IMG/VR virus record: IMGVR_UViG_3300037882_001611
Location: 1 to 62,432 of that record
Source: a virus
Taxonomy: Duplodnaviria; Caudoviricetes
Length of the DNA: 62,432 bases
Direction: 5' to 3' (one strand)
The position numbers were made by a program, and so were the translations under genes. Below are positions 27,819 through 37,345 of the stretch, in pieces. A model generated the notes under the pieces. The model was given only the letters and a program-made list of their open reading frames with translations, had not been told where the DNA came from and ran no database searches. Numbering within the stretch: position 1 is the first letter of the stretch; every line of letters begins with the position of its first letter.

Positions 27819-30005
27819 TTACTTACGCTCGAAGCGTTTTCCAACAGTGACCATAATGGTTGCATCGATCTCACTCTCTTTGAGCGGATTGTTGAGCTTC
27901 TTGTTAAAGTCATGCACTTGTTGCTGAACCGATATCAGATCCATACCGCTATCTACGAGAGCTAAAGCATATTTGATCATTTGATTGTTACGATTTCCTG
28001 AAGCGATGCGTTGAGCAAACCATCGTTCGAGGTTATCGAGACTTTCGAGGGATTGCATTCCCTTCTTGTATGCTTCGTTCTTCGAAGTCTTCGGAATAAA
28101 TGGAAGAGCATCGAGAAACTCACCATCCATGTTATAATGGTATTCGCCGTTATCAAAGCATTCCCATTTTTTTGATCTTTGGTTGGCTGATTCGTCTGTT
28201 TTGAACGGGAGCCAGTCCATGAAAGAATTCATGAACTCTTTATATTCCTCCGAGTCCAATTGAAGATTATAGTTGATGGGAATGATAAGACGGAAACGAT
28301 CTGGACCAATAATGTCATCTCCGTATTCATTGATACCTTCAAATATTTGATGACGTTTGGTGGTATAAGTCATGAACTTGAATTCTTTCATCAGTTCATG
28401 AACTGTTGCTATAGGAATAGCTCCATCAACATCAATAACAATCATGTTGAATCCAGCGATCACATTTTCTTCTGCACGATGGTTTTTCGTGAAGTGGTGA
28501 TTGGCCCAGTGATATCCGGAAGCTTGGGTCATGTAGTGAAGTTGATCAAATGGAGCACATTCTCCAGTATAGTTATAAGCCCAATGATCTGAATAAGAGA
28601 CAATCATTTCATTGAGATCAGTCTCCTTGAGCTTCTCACCCTTGAAGAATTCAATACCGTCAATGAAACTTTTCTTGATAATGATATGCTTTTTATAGCC
28701 CCATGCCATAGCAAGGGTCATCATTTCATTACGAGCAGCATTACCAGATTTATAGAATGGTAGTGCTTCGTGGAGATCGGCATGAGTTACTTCTACGTCT
28801 ACGTCAGCAATATAGCGAGCCAACTTCACATAGGCTTTTTCACGATTTAGAATATCCTGAAATGCTCGACCAGACTCTTCAACGAGCAAAATGGCCGACA
28901 TGAGATGACTCATTTCGATTTCATTGCTTTCGTCTACGAACGCTAAAGCACCGGCCAGCTTGAGAGCTTTGAAATAGCGATGGCTTAGTTCAGCCTTCTT
29001 GATGTCTTCGTGTTCAGCCAGCTTATCAGAGGCGTGCTCACAGGCGATTTTATAAGTTAAAAGTTGAATGCCAACGTCATCTTCAACAATCATTTTCCAG
29101 CCATACATGGCTGGATCAGCCAGTTTATGGAATTGAGCTGCCCATTTGTTGACAAGAGCATTATTGTTGGGTTCGACGAGACGCTGATAAATCTCTTCAG
29201 GTGTCATAGAATTCAGAGCCTTACGGTTCTGTTGACCCCAGCCAAAGATGCAACGTCGAGCATAGCCTGTATCGAGGAACGAGTAGAACTGATCCTCAGT
29301 CTGTCCACCATCAAGCAATTTTGAAGGAGTACCAAATAACAGCATATTGGTAGGTGTTTTCCCATCGAGTTCTTCACCTCGTTGGTTGTCCGCTGTGTTT
29401 TTGATGAGCTTTTGTTTAACGATCCCCTGATCGTAAAGTTCAAGAAACAAGGTCAAGACATCGACGTTACCAATAAGGTTAGAGCCGATTTCATCAATTT
29501 GTAGATTGATCGAGCCACAGGCAGATAGAAGTAGCTTATGGCGAAGTTGCTTTACCGCAGGAGGTGTTCCAGAGTCGAATGTGAACGGATAAGCACCAGC
29601 AGATTTGAATTCCCGTTCAGCTTTCTCAAATTCCTCTTGTGGATCTGTCCCGTTTCGAGCGGCACGTCCATTGGCGATGACCCAGAGATTTTGTTCAGCA
29701 ATGGTTGGAAAAGTGTCTTCCATGAAACGCTTTTTGAATGGGCGTAGAAGTTCGTTTTCGAACACATTAACGCTGTGCCCTTTACCATAGCCAGAAGTAG
29801 CTAGAGCAAGGGCATATATATTGACAGGGATCTCACCACGATCTTTAGTGCTAATGGTAGCACGTTGAGAGCTTGCCATTTTTCCAAGAAAATATGCAGC
29901 TTCAACACGGAAGAAACCCTTGTCAGTGTTTTGAGTCTTGTTGCAGAGCACTTCGACGATTTCTTCAATCGCCGGATGGTGTTGCACTCCAGTTAAGTCA
30001 ATCAT
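27819..30005 (-). CDS. DNA primase (N4 gp43-like)
   Basis: SGYGKG P-loop, C-terminal PriCT-like GNRNNQMIKYA; size and synteny. Confidence 0.85.
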   Translation of the reverse strand: MIDLTGVQHHPAIEEIVEVLCNKTQNTDKGFFRVEAAYFLGKMASSQRATISTKDRGEIPVNIYALALATSGYGKGHSVNVFENELLRPFKKRFMEDTFPTIAEQNLWVIANGRAARNGTDPQEEFEKAEREFKSAGAYPFTFDSGTPPAVKQLRHKLLLSACGSINLQIDEIGSNLIGNVDVLTLFLELYDQGIVKQKLIKNTADNQRGEELDGKTPTNMLLFGTPSKLLDGGQTEDQFYSFLDTGYARRCIFGWGQQNRKALNSMTPEEIYQRLVEPNNNALVNKWAAQFHKLADPAMYGWKMIVEDDVGIQLLTYKIACEHASDKLAEHEDIKKAELSHRYFKALKLAGALAFVDESNEIEMSHLMSAILLVEESGRAFQDILNREKAYVKLARYIADVDVEVTHADLHEALPFYKSGNAARNEMMTLAMAWGYKKHIIIKKSFIDGIEFFKGEKLKETDLNEMIVSYSDHWAYNYTGECAPFDQLHYMTQASGYHWANHHFTKNHRAEENVIAGFNMIVIDVDGAIPIATVHELMKEFKFMTYTTKRHQIFEGINEYGDDIIGPDRFRLIIPINYNLQLDSEEYKEFMNSFMDWLPFKTDESANQRSKKWECFDNGEYHYNMDGEFLDALPFIPKTSKNEAYKKGMQSLESLDNLERWFAQRIASGNRNNQMIKYALALVDSGMDLISVQQQVHDFNKKLNNPLKESEIDATIMVTVGKRFERK

Positions 30006-30991
30006 GCGAAATACCTGTCCTTTTGTTTACAGATGGAGAAAGCAGCACAATATTTTTCACATCGCTTTGGTTCACCAAGCTTAGTGATGACTATACCTTT
30101 ACCCTTTTCAGCACGGTATGCATCAGCTTCAGCTTTGGTATCGAAGTTTTTAGTCGAACGACCATCAGTCTTCGAGGGATCAGCAAAGTATTTGAATTGA
30201 GGATCCGAACGCCAGATGTCAGCATCAGAACATTCGATCATAGCTTCTTCAGGAAGAGTCATGTTCTTCTTGATGTCATGGAGCTTTGCCTTGACGTACA
30301 GTTCTGTGTCTTCAAGACTGAGGAGCGGAAGATCTTTATGCTTCACTCGGCTTTGTGGGTATTTTGGATTGGTTCGAGCCTGCATTTTCTGCCAATCAGT
30401 GAAAATATAATTGACTCGCATAAAATCTTCAGTGATCCGAGGCATTTCCCGAGCAGCATCAATCCAGCGATATAAGCTCCCCTGAAGACGATTGTCTTCG
30501 TCTCTGGTTCCGAATACCCAACCAAAAGCAGAAGTGCTCTTGTTGTCTTCTACGTGGCCTTCTGCGACCAAATCGAACTTACCTCCGATGGTCACACCGT
30601 TGATCTCTCGGAAGCCACGTTGCTCCAGATAAATTGGAATTATATCAGGATTGGCGAGACGTTCTTCGTCAGTAGGATTGATTGCCACAAGGTTAATGAC
30701 GTGCTCAGGAATACCGAGTTTGGTTAAATTGGTGCGATAATTTTTGACCCACGCTTTTTCGATGGAGTCATGAATTGAATGGCCGAGACCACGTGAGATG
30801 TAATCTTCAACGTCTTCCACCTGTTGCTCAATGGGCACACGTCGAGCAAGTACAATTTGCTTGGTAGGACGCATTAAGGTGGTGACGGAGATATACTCCT
30901 TAAAACCTTGACTGGCTTGATAATCATACTCATCATTGATGAGCCAAACTGCAAGTGAAAGGGAAATGTCGGTATTGTTCGTGATCTTCAC
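30002..30991 (-). CDS. PD-(D/E)XK exonuclease (N4 gp42-like)
   Basis: GKFDLV...VEDNKSTS nuclease motif; C-terminal Cys cluster (RCEKYCAAFSIC). Confidence 0.8.
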   Translation of the reverse strand: MKITNNTDISLSLAVWLINDEYDYQASQGFKEYISVTTLMRPTKQIVLARRVPIEQQVEDVEDYISRGLGHSIHDSIEKAWVKNYRTNLTKLGIPEHVINLVAINPTDEERLANPDIIPIYLEQRGFREINGVTIGGKFDLVAEGHVEDNKSTSAFGWVFGTRDEDNRLQGSLYRWIDAAREMPRITEDFMRVNYIFTDWQKMQARTNPKYPQSRVKHKDLPLLSLEDTELYVKAKLHDIKKNMTLPEEAMIECSDADIWRSDPQFKYFADPSKTDGRSTKNFDTKAEADAYRAEKGKGIVITKLGEPKRCEKYCAAFSICKQKDRYFA

Positions 30992-31019
30992 GATCTTTCT
31001 CCAGATCTAAAGGGGAATA

Positions 31020-31048
31020 AAGCGGCAGCCCTAAAAGAGCTGCCGCTT
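31020..31048 (-). terminator. Hairpin/terminator
   Basis: AAGCGGCAGC / GCTGCCGCTT inverted repeat. Confidence 0.6.
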
Positions 31049-31100
31049 CGAAAATCAATTTAAGGGTACTTACTCGAATGGGAGTTCGAGTTGTTTTTCC

Positions 31101-31436
31101 TCAGACCGATTCACTTGTGGGTTGGTGTTCATCTTCAGCGCCCTTTCGCTTCAGATAACGCAGGATCCGACCAGCATAATGAACGATTTTCTCAGCACCA
31201 TAAATGGCATCATGACCCGGTTTACCATTGGCTTTCCGGGCATTAGCTGATCGCCAAATTTCCTTGAAAATATTGGCTTCGTTCGGAGTTAGTTCGAGTG
31301 CTTCGATGACATCTTCACACTCGGCCCGATATGCAGGCTGATCCTCTCGCTGGGGATGCGTCACATGAACGAGGTAATAATTTACCCGTCCCCCAGTGAG
31401 CTTTGTTTCGGCGGTGATGACAGGAATGTTACCCAT
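31101..31436 (-). CDS. Hypothetical protein, DUF3310-like
   Basis: ECEDVIEALEL...ANIFKEIWR...EKIVHYA pattern resembles DUF3310 proteins. Confidence 0.55.
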   Translation of the reverse strand: MGNIPVITAETKLTGGRVNYYLVHVTHPQREDQPAYRAECEDVIEALELTPNEANIFKEIWRSANARKANGKPGHDAIYGAEKIVHYAGRILRYLKRKGAEDEHQPTSESV

Positions 31437-31439
31437 TGA

Positions 31440-31790
31440 TCAAACTTCCAAAGCAGGACTGTTGTTAGAAGTTTTTTCTTCAGTGGGTAATTTTGGCTCT
31501 TCGAGTGCAGCCTGAAATTCTTCCTCAGCCATCTCACCGAGATACGAGACACTCAGAATAACGATGTCATGAATGTTGGCAAGTTCAGGTTCCGGGAGCT
31601 TCATAATGAAACTCTTATGGAGATTCTGTTGTGCCTTGGCTAATTTTTGAGCAGGAAAACGTGTATCGTCGTGACGAACGATAGCATTGACGAAGATGTT
31701 ACTGGGTTGGATGTTTTCCAAATTGTTGATGTCACCAACAGTGAACATGATTGAACCAGAGATCAAGAAGTAATGCTTTTTTTGGGACAT
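31440..31790 (-). CDS. Hypothetical protein
   Basis: ORF with AGGAG SD; ILSVSYLGEM motif. Confidence 0.6.
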   Translation of the reverse strand: MSQKKHYFLISGSIMFTVGDINNLENIQPSNIFVNAIVRHDDTRFPAQKLAKAQQNLHKSFIMKLPEPELANIHDIVILSVSYLGEMAEEEFQAALEEPKLPTEEKTSNNSPALEV

Positions 31791-31876
31791 GGGTTTCTCC
31801 TGTGGAAAATGTGAGGGGCAATCGACCCCTTAGTGGTCAAACGGATGACTGGCATATCAGCCAATCATCAACAAAA

Positions 31877-34534
31877 CTAGGTGTTTTCTCGAAGATGTTC
31901 ATCGATGATCGAGAAAATTTCCTCTTCTGTGGCACCGTTGGATAAGGTGATTTCGGTATTCCAATTTGGATAGAATATGCCAAATTGTCCACCAATGTTC
32001 ACCTCATCATGTGCAATGGCAGGGTCTTCCTGCCACTGAACAGCTTTGACCAAATGGTCATTTGTATATTTGATAGTCTTGATATCGTCTCGAATGATAA
32101 AATATTGAGCATCGTGGATCTGGGCACTAGGCTTGATATCCATACAATGTTCACCCTTACGGACTTTATCATTGAATTCGACACCAGCTCTTGAATTGAG
32201 TAGGCAATAACTCTGACCAAGAGCATTGCCCGCTGTTCGCCCTTCAGCTTGAGCTTGATATGGAGTCTTACTGGTTCCACGAATAACTTGATGTAGTAGT
32301 GGTGTTCGCAATCGTAAACCGAATGCGATAGTCACATATCCATCTTTGGATGCTTGTTCCAATTTATCCTCAACCCATTGGTCGCTGACCTTATAGAGTT
32401 CGTGATATTTAGCCTCAACATCCTTGGCTTGTTCTTCACTGAAACCGTATTTCTTGACGAGAGCCACCCATGTTCCCTGATAGGTCAGGGTAAAAGTAGG
32501 GTTCTTGGATCGATCACGAAGGGGTTTATATTTCTTCTGGATCGAGTTGATGCTGGCTACTTCATTTGAATCAATGTCCAACATTTGGTTTCCAAAATAT
32601 GCATAGGCACGTAGAGAATGCCCATCATATCCGTCAGTGTAAACCTTGAGTTTGTTTGGATCCTTGGTGGTCAGAGCAGAGATGCGGTCTTCAAGCGAGT
32701 TGAAGTCAATACCGCAGAACAACCAGCCCGGAGGTGCTTCGAAGCAGCTCTTAATGAGCTTGGCATAACGAAGTTTCATAGGATGACCCTTACCTGTAGA
32801 AGGTAGGTTTTGGAGATTAGGGCCAGAACTGCTCAAACGACCTGAAAGTGTGCCTCCAAGATTGAAATAACCAAATAGATAATGCCATCCATCCGGACCT
32901 TGGACGGAACCAAGAATGGATGGCATAAAATTGGTGGTGAGCACATCAATGATGTTATAAAGTTGGAAGCCTTCCAACAAATTTTTGATCTCAGGATCAT
33001 CAACACGATTGACGAGAGCTTCGATAGTTTCTCCATCAGTGGATGGCATCTTACTATCGGTATAATTGATCTCAGGAAGTCCGAGATAAGTGAAAAACAA
33101 TGCTCGTTTTTGTGGATCAGAATTTGGATTGAATTGTTGTGGTTCATCACCCAATTCGATACGTTTGGTTATAAGCTTTGTATTTCGTTTTTTCATATGC
33201 TCTACATCGAGGTATTCTCTAGTAAAGCGTTGAATAATCGGACTGTTCATAATTTGCTGACGAGCACCATCCAATTCACTTTCGAGAATTGTATTAACTT
33301 CGCGTGCTCGATGGATGTTTACTGGCATACCAGTAAGCTGCATCTGAACGATATCTACTGTGGTTGGTTGAAACAATTCTCGATAAATCGGAAGCTGTTG
33401 ATCCGTAACCAGTGTCTTCCAATGTTTTTTATAGGTGTACCAAGTGCTGAGTCCGTCTACCAAGTTATATTGGAGAAGATCTGGAAGTGGAATTTTTCGG
33501 ATGTCAGAGATTTCATCTTGTGCATAATTACCAGCAAATTCCTGAGCCTGATCTTTTAGACCTAGTTTGTTACCAGCACAGGAATTGGTGGCGAGATAGG
33601 TAATGAGCTTAGTGCAGTCCCATCCACCATGATCTCCAAGCATGATGCTCAATCCATATAGCAAGCCTTTTTGATCGAGGATGTGCTCCATGAAGAGTTG
33701 ATAGACCAATACGTAAACATCATAACCAATGCTATGCCACATGATCGTGACATTCATTTCTCGGGCAAGTTCAAAGAATCGCTTGAGTAGAGCACGTCGA
33801 TGAGGATTGATTCGTTGAAAACCGTAAGTGCCATCAATTTCAGCAGCACGCGGATTGATTTTATTATGAGGTACATAATCTACAGGGAAGGCTATTCCTT
33901 CTCCTTGGTTCCAACAGAATGTAATTGTACCGATGCCAGTACTATAGTGTTTAAGACTAAACCCTTCAATATCAGATGAAAGCGTTTTGTGATTTTCGAG
34001 TAGTTTAATTAACCACTCTTCGATTTCCTGATCAGTATCAGGATAAGCAGCAAACTTGATGATACTATCACCGGGTGGAGTATAATTACCATTTTTATGG
34101 TCAACCAGTGCTCGCATTGCCTGAGTGATTTTAGATTTGGTTTTCTCAGGATCATAAAAGATCTGAGCAAAGTTGGGAATATAAATGACTTTGAAGTCAC
34201 CGAAAGGACTGTCCATCACATAGCCGAGATTGGCTTCAATTTTTGTTGCTTTAGTAAGTGCCTTGAAATATTCTCCATCTGCACAGAGAACATATTTGAC
34301 TTTCATATCAGCAAAAATCGGAGCGAGTTCTTCAGTGATATATAACCGCATTTCGGCCATGCTGGTTTTTTTCTTGTCCATTGAATAATGCAGATCGATT
34401 ATCAACATATCATTTGGATCAAGACTCGATGTATCAAGATATGCCTTTTTGATTTCATCCTTACGGATGACTGGAACCAAGAGACAAACAGGATAGACCG
34501 ATTGTTCTGTTTCGGAAAAGAAGGCGTAATTCAT
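31877..34534 (-). CDS. DNA polymerase, family A (N4 gp39-like)
   Basis: Exonuclease SDIEGFSL, SGRLSSSGPNLQNLP, motif A DFNSLEDRI, motif B RDRSKNPTFTLTYQG, motif C IHDAQ; no intein or intron evident. Confidence 0.95.
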   Translation of the reverse strand: MNYAFFSETEQSVYPVCLLVPVIRKDEIKKAYLDTSSLDPNDMLIIDLHYSMDKKKTSMAEMRLYITEELAPIFADMKVKYVLCADGEYFKALTKATKIEANLGYVMDSPFGDFKVIYIPNFAQIFYDPEKTKSKITQAMRALVDHKNGNYTPPGDSIIKFAAYPDTDQEIEEWLIKLLENHKTLSSDIEGFSLKHYSTGIGTITFCWNQGEGIAFPVDYVPHNKINPRAAEIDGTYGFQRINPHRRALLKRFFELAREMNVTIMWHSIGYDVYVLVYQLFMEHILDQKGLLYGLSIMLGDHGGWDCTKLITYLATNSCAGNKLGLKDQAQEFAGNYAQDEISDIRKIPLPDLLQYNLVDGLSTWYTYKKHWKTLVTDQQLPIYRELFQPTTVDIVQMQLTGMPVNIHRAREVNTILESELDGARQQIMNSPIIQRFTREYLDVEHMKKRNTKLITKRIELGDEPQQFNPNSDPQKRALFFTYLGLPEINYTDSKMPSTDGETIEALVNRVDDPEIKNLLEGFQLYNIIDVLTTNFMPSILGSVQGPDGWHYLFGYFNLGGTLSGRLSSSGPNLQNLPSTGKGHPMKLRYAKLIKSCFEAPPGWLFCGIDFNSLEDRISALTTKDPNKLKVYTDGYDGHSLRAYAYFGNQMLDIDSNEVASINSIQKKYKPLRDRSKNPTFTLTYQGTWVALVKKYGFSEEQAKDVEAKYHELYKVSDQWVEDKLEQASKDGYVTIAFGLRLRTPLLHQVIRGTSKTPYQAQAEGRTAGNALGQSYCLLNSRAGVEFNDKVRKGEHCMDIKPSAQIHDAQYFIIRDDIKTIKYTNDHLVKAVQWQEDPAIAHDEVNIGGQFGIFYPNWNTEITLSNGATEEEIFSIIDEHLRENT

Positions 34535-34549
34535 GAAGCGACCTCAGCT

Positions 34550-35092
34550 TTAGTACAACAGACGAGCTGCACTATACATTTCGATTTTGGGTAGCAGTTT
34601 TTCAAATTGTCTGCTTGCTCGTACATCCTGACGCAGTGACCACCCTTGTTCATTATGACGGGGTAGATTTGCCAAAGCAGGGAGCATGGATGCGAGACAA
34701 TCTGGAAGGCTGTCTCGCATATCCTGAAGAGTTTCGCAGGGGTCTGCAAGCTTGAATATGATCTGCCCGATGAAGCGTTCATCGTCAGCTACAATTTTGG
34801 CATCCTTGAGATGCCATTCAATTTTGTCGGTGAGATCATCATGGAGTGTATATTTACCTCCGGGCGCTACTGTTTGAAAGCCTTGAGCTGTATAATATTC
34901 TCCATAATAGAGAAAGCCAGCAGCCTGAACGCCTAATAGTTCGTTATTCTTTCGAATAAGATCAGCAACTGCTTTGTCGAGTCGTCGCTTTTCGGCGACG
35001 AATAACTCTGAAAGCAAATGTTTTATTAGTTTGAACATTGAACTACCGGGATTTGGTAGTTGAGAATTTATATCTGAATTTTTGTTGGCCAT
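34550..35092 (-). CDS. Conserved hypothetical protein (N4 gp38 position)
   Basis: QDMRDSLPDCL motif; between helicase and polymerase; ATG at 35092 preferred. Confidence 0.65.
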   Translation of the reverse strand: MANKNSDINSQLPNPGSSMFKLIKHLLSELFVAEKRRLDKAVADLIRKNNELLGVQAAGFLYYGEYYTAQGFQTVAPGGKYTLHDDLTDKIEWHLKDAKIVADDERFIGQIIFKLADPCETLQDMRDSLPDCLASMLPALANLPRHNEQGWSLRQDVRASRQFEKLLPKIEMYSAARLLY

Positions 35093-35102
35093 AGTGTTTG
35101 TC

Positions 35103-36440
35103 CTATACGATAAGGCCACCATACTTCTGGGCCAGTTCTCCATAAAAGATAATGCGTTTTCGGGCACGAGAACCCGCCACATAAAGCATACGGGCAACCT
35201 GTGATGGATTATGACAGGTGCTGATGTTTGCTACATCAATGAACACTGTATCAAGTGAAGATCCTTGAGCCTTATAGATAGTAGATCCGTCACGTTGACG
35301 TAAATCGAGAACGTGTTTTTTCAGATTGTAATAAGCAGGCCAATTTTTCCGACTAGATAACCATTTGAGAATAGCTGCAAAATGTGTTCGATCTTTAGGT
35401 AGTTTCACATCAGTGAAAGTCATACCCAAACGATTACGAATATCACATTCGTAGACTTCGATCTCAACATCTTGTCCTTCGAAATTATCAATCCAAAGAA
35501 CAATTGTTTTTGGTTTAATCGAAAGGATTTCAACCTCTTCTTCGACTGATAACATATATCGATTAAGTGGGATTGCAGTGTTGTTGATGAGTTGTTCACC
35601 TACGGTGAATTCATCTGGTAGATTGCGGAGAAAACGAACATGATCATTGTATTCAACAACTCGCTTATTGGTATATGCAAGAATACGTGAATCCAAAGTC
35701 TGCTGTGAAAAATGAGACTGGATAGCCAGTTCCATCTGCTGGTCTGTGTACCAATCAATGATACCGGGAATGATTTGAATAGGTTTGAACTCACCAGTCT
35801 CGACTGTGGTACGAAGTTGCAGGTTCAGTGCATGTAATTCAGGAATGTTGGTCCGCATTGGCTGAGTGAGATGATAAATAGTCATCGGCACACGATAAAT
35901 TGGACTGATGGGTTCCATGATTGGAGTCATTTGACAATGATCACCAACCCACACAATTTTACACCCTTGGGTGCCCTCATGAGTTATATTGTAAAGCGGT
36001 GTGTCTACCATAGACCCTTCGTCCACAAACAATATTTTTCGTTCATGCACTGACCAATTTCTGGTTTTGGTAAGTTTGCTTTGTCCAGTATTGTAATCTT
36101 CTTGTACTTTGAGATTGAGAAAACTTTGAACGGTGCTGGTAGGCTTTCCAGCAGCAAGACTGAGAACTTCAGCAGCTTTATTGGTGGTAGCTGTCATTTC
36201 CACTGAATCAAACAATGGTGGTATTCCGATCAGCTTACAGCTTTGGAAATATTCAGGAATGATCTTATCGATCATAACGCCCATAAGATGTGTCTTTCCA
36301 GTACCACCGGGACCAGTGATACCCATTTCCTTCTCATCATTAAAAAGGAAATCGAAGAAGCCATCGGCAGCGATTTGTTGTTCTTGGTTCAGGTCCATGG
36401 TTGGGACATTATTCTGATCCATTTTATTCTCCTGAAACAT
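35103..36440 (-). CDS. SF1 DNA helicase (Dda/RecD-like)
   Basis: GPGGTGKT, TATTNKAA, VDEGSM, GDHCQ, TIYKAQGSS, YVAGSRAR. Confidence 0.92.
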   Translation of the reverse strand: MFQENKMDQNNVPTMDLNQEQQIAADGFFDFLFNDEKEMGITGPGGTGKTHLMGVMIDKIIPEYFQSCKLIGIPPLFDSVEMTATTNKAAEVLSLAAGKPTSTVQSFLNLKVQEDYNTGQSKLTKTRNWSVHERKILFVDEGSMVDTPLYNITHEGTQGCKIVWVGDHCQMTPIMEPISPIYRVPMTIYHLTQPMRTNIPELHALNLQLRTTVETGEFKPIQIIPGIIDWYTDQQMELAIQSHFSQQTLDSRILAYTNKRVVEYNDHVRFLRNLPDEFTVGEQLINNTAIPLNRYMLSVEEEVEILSIKPKTIVLWIDNFEGQDVEIEVYECDIRNRLGMTFTDVKLPKDRTHFAAILKWLSSRKNWPAYYNLKKHVLDLRQRDGSTIYKAQGSSLDTVFIDVANISTCHNPSQVARMLYVAGSRARKRIIFYGELAQKYGGLIV

Positions 36441-36499
36441 AAAGGGGAGAACCTCATATAAAATGAGATCCTCCCCGAGCAGCTTTCGCTGTAGATTGA

Positions 36500-36946
36500 T
36501 TAGATGTACTTACGAAGATCAGCTTTGAAATAGTCTAGACCTTTGGCGATCTTTCCATTTCCATCGAAGATAGCTTCGCCATTGACAAACTTGGAATAGT
36601 TTGAACGATCAACTTCGTCAAGAGCACCTGAAATATCCATCTTCTGATCATGAGCACATCCAACAGCAGTTACGATCTGATCACAAAGTGCATCAAGATA
36701 ATTTTTGCGATCTTCGAGATTGATGCGAACAACAGAATCGTTGGCTTTGAGGTGTTCAGCCAATTTATGACAGGCGAGACTTGCTTCAGCAATTAGAGAA
36801 CTGGTTTCATCATTTAAGCCAGTGATCTCAGCGAGCATTTCACTGACTTCTTCAAAATGAACACCCATCTGTGTATGCAGATGTTTGGCATTGACGTTAG
36901 GACGAGCTATTTTGAACCAGTCGAGAATGGATTTGATCGTATTCAT
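36500..36946 (-). CDS. MazG-like NTP pyrophosphohydrolase
   Basis: FEEVSEM and LDALCDQIVTAVG...EVDRSNYSKF...GKIAKG motifs. Confidence 0.85.
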   Translation of the reverse strand: MNTIKSILDWFKIARPNVNAKHLHTQMGVHFEEVSEMLAEITGLNDETSSLIAEASLACHKLAEHLKANDSVVRINLEDRKNYLDALCDQIVTAVGCAHDQKMDISGALDEVDRSNYSKFVNGEAIFDGNGKIAKGLDYFKADLRKYI

Positions 36947-37266
36947 GGTTTTTCATTGTTCCGTGATTGACTGGCCAGATATTCCTTGGCTAGAAGATTG
37001 GTGATATAGTCCTTGATGGGCAAGTGCGGTCCCAATTGATCAGCGAGCCAATCAATCTGTACGGTTGTTAAGTGCCCGACTACATCTTCCATGAAGGTTC
37101 GACGAGTGTCAGCCGGTGGAATACCGAGTGATTTGAGTCGTTGAGTGATGGTTGTGTGGTGACAGCCAAGAAGATTGGCGATGGTAGCGAGAGAAAGTCC
37201 AACGCTGTTAAGCCGAATGATATCGGCATCACTGGCTTTTCGATTGGCTCGAAAGACTGAGGACAT
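36943..37266 (-). CDS. HTH-containing protein
   Basis: GLSLATIANLLGCHHTTITQRL helix-turn-helix. Confidence 0.7.
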   Translation of the reverse strand: MSSVFRANRKASDADIIRLNSVGLSLATIANLLGCHHTTITQRLKSLGIPPADTRRTFMEDVVGHLTTVQIDWLADQLGPHLPIKDYITNLLAKEYLASQSRNNEKP

Positions 37267-37277
37267 GGTTGTTTCCC

Positions 37278-37319
37278 AAAAAAATATCCTCACCACATTA
37301 CAGTGATGAGGATATTTTT
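37278..37319. terminator. Bidirectional-type terminator after rIIB
   Basis: AAAAATATCCTCA / TGAGGATATTTTT inverted repeat. Confidence 0.65.
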
Positions 37320-37345
37320 CAAGGTATCTTGGTGGAGATTTCTGA

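Noticed and set aside
31877-34534. Intein or intron in the DNA polymerase
   Set aside because: Length and motif spacing are normal for the family; no splice-junction motifs seen
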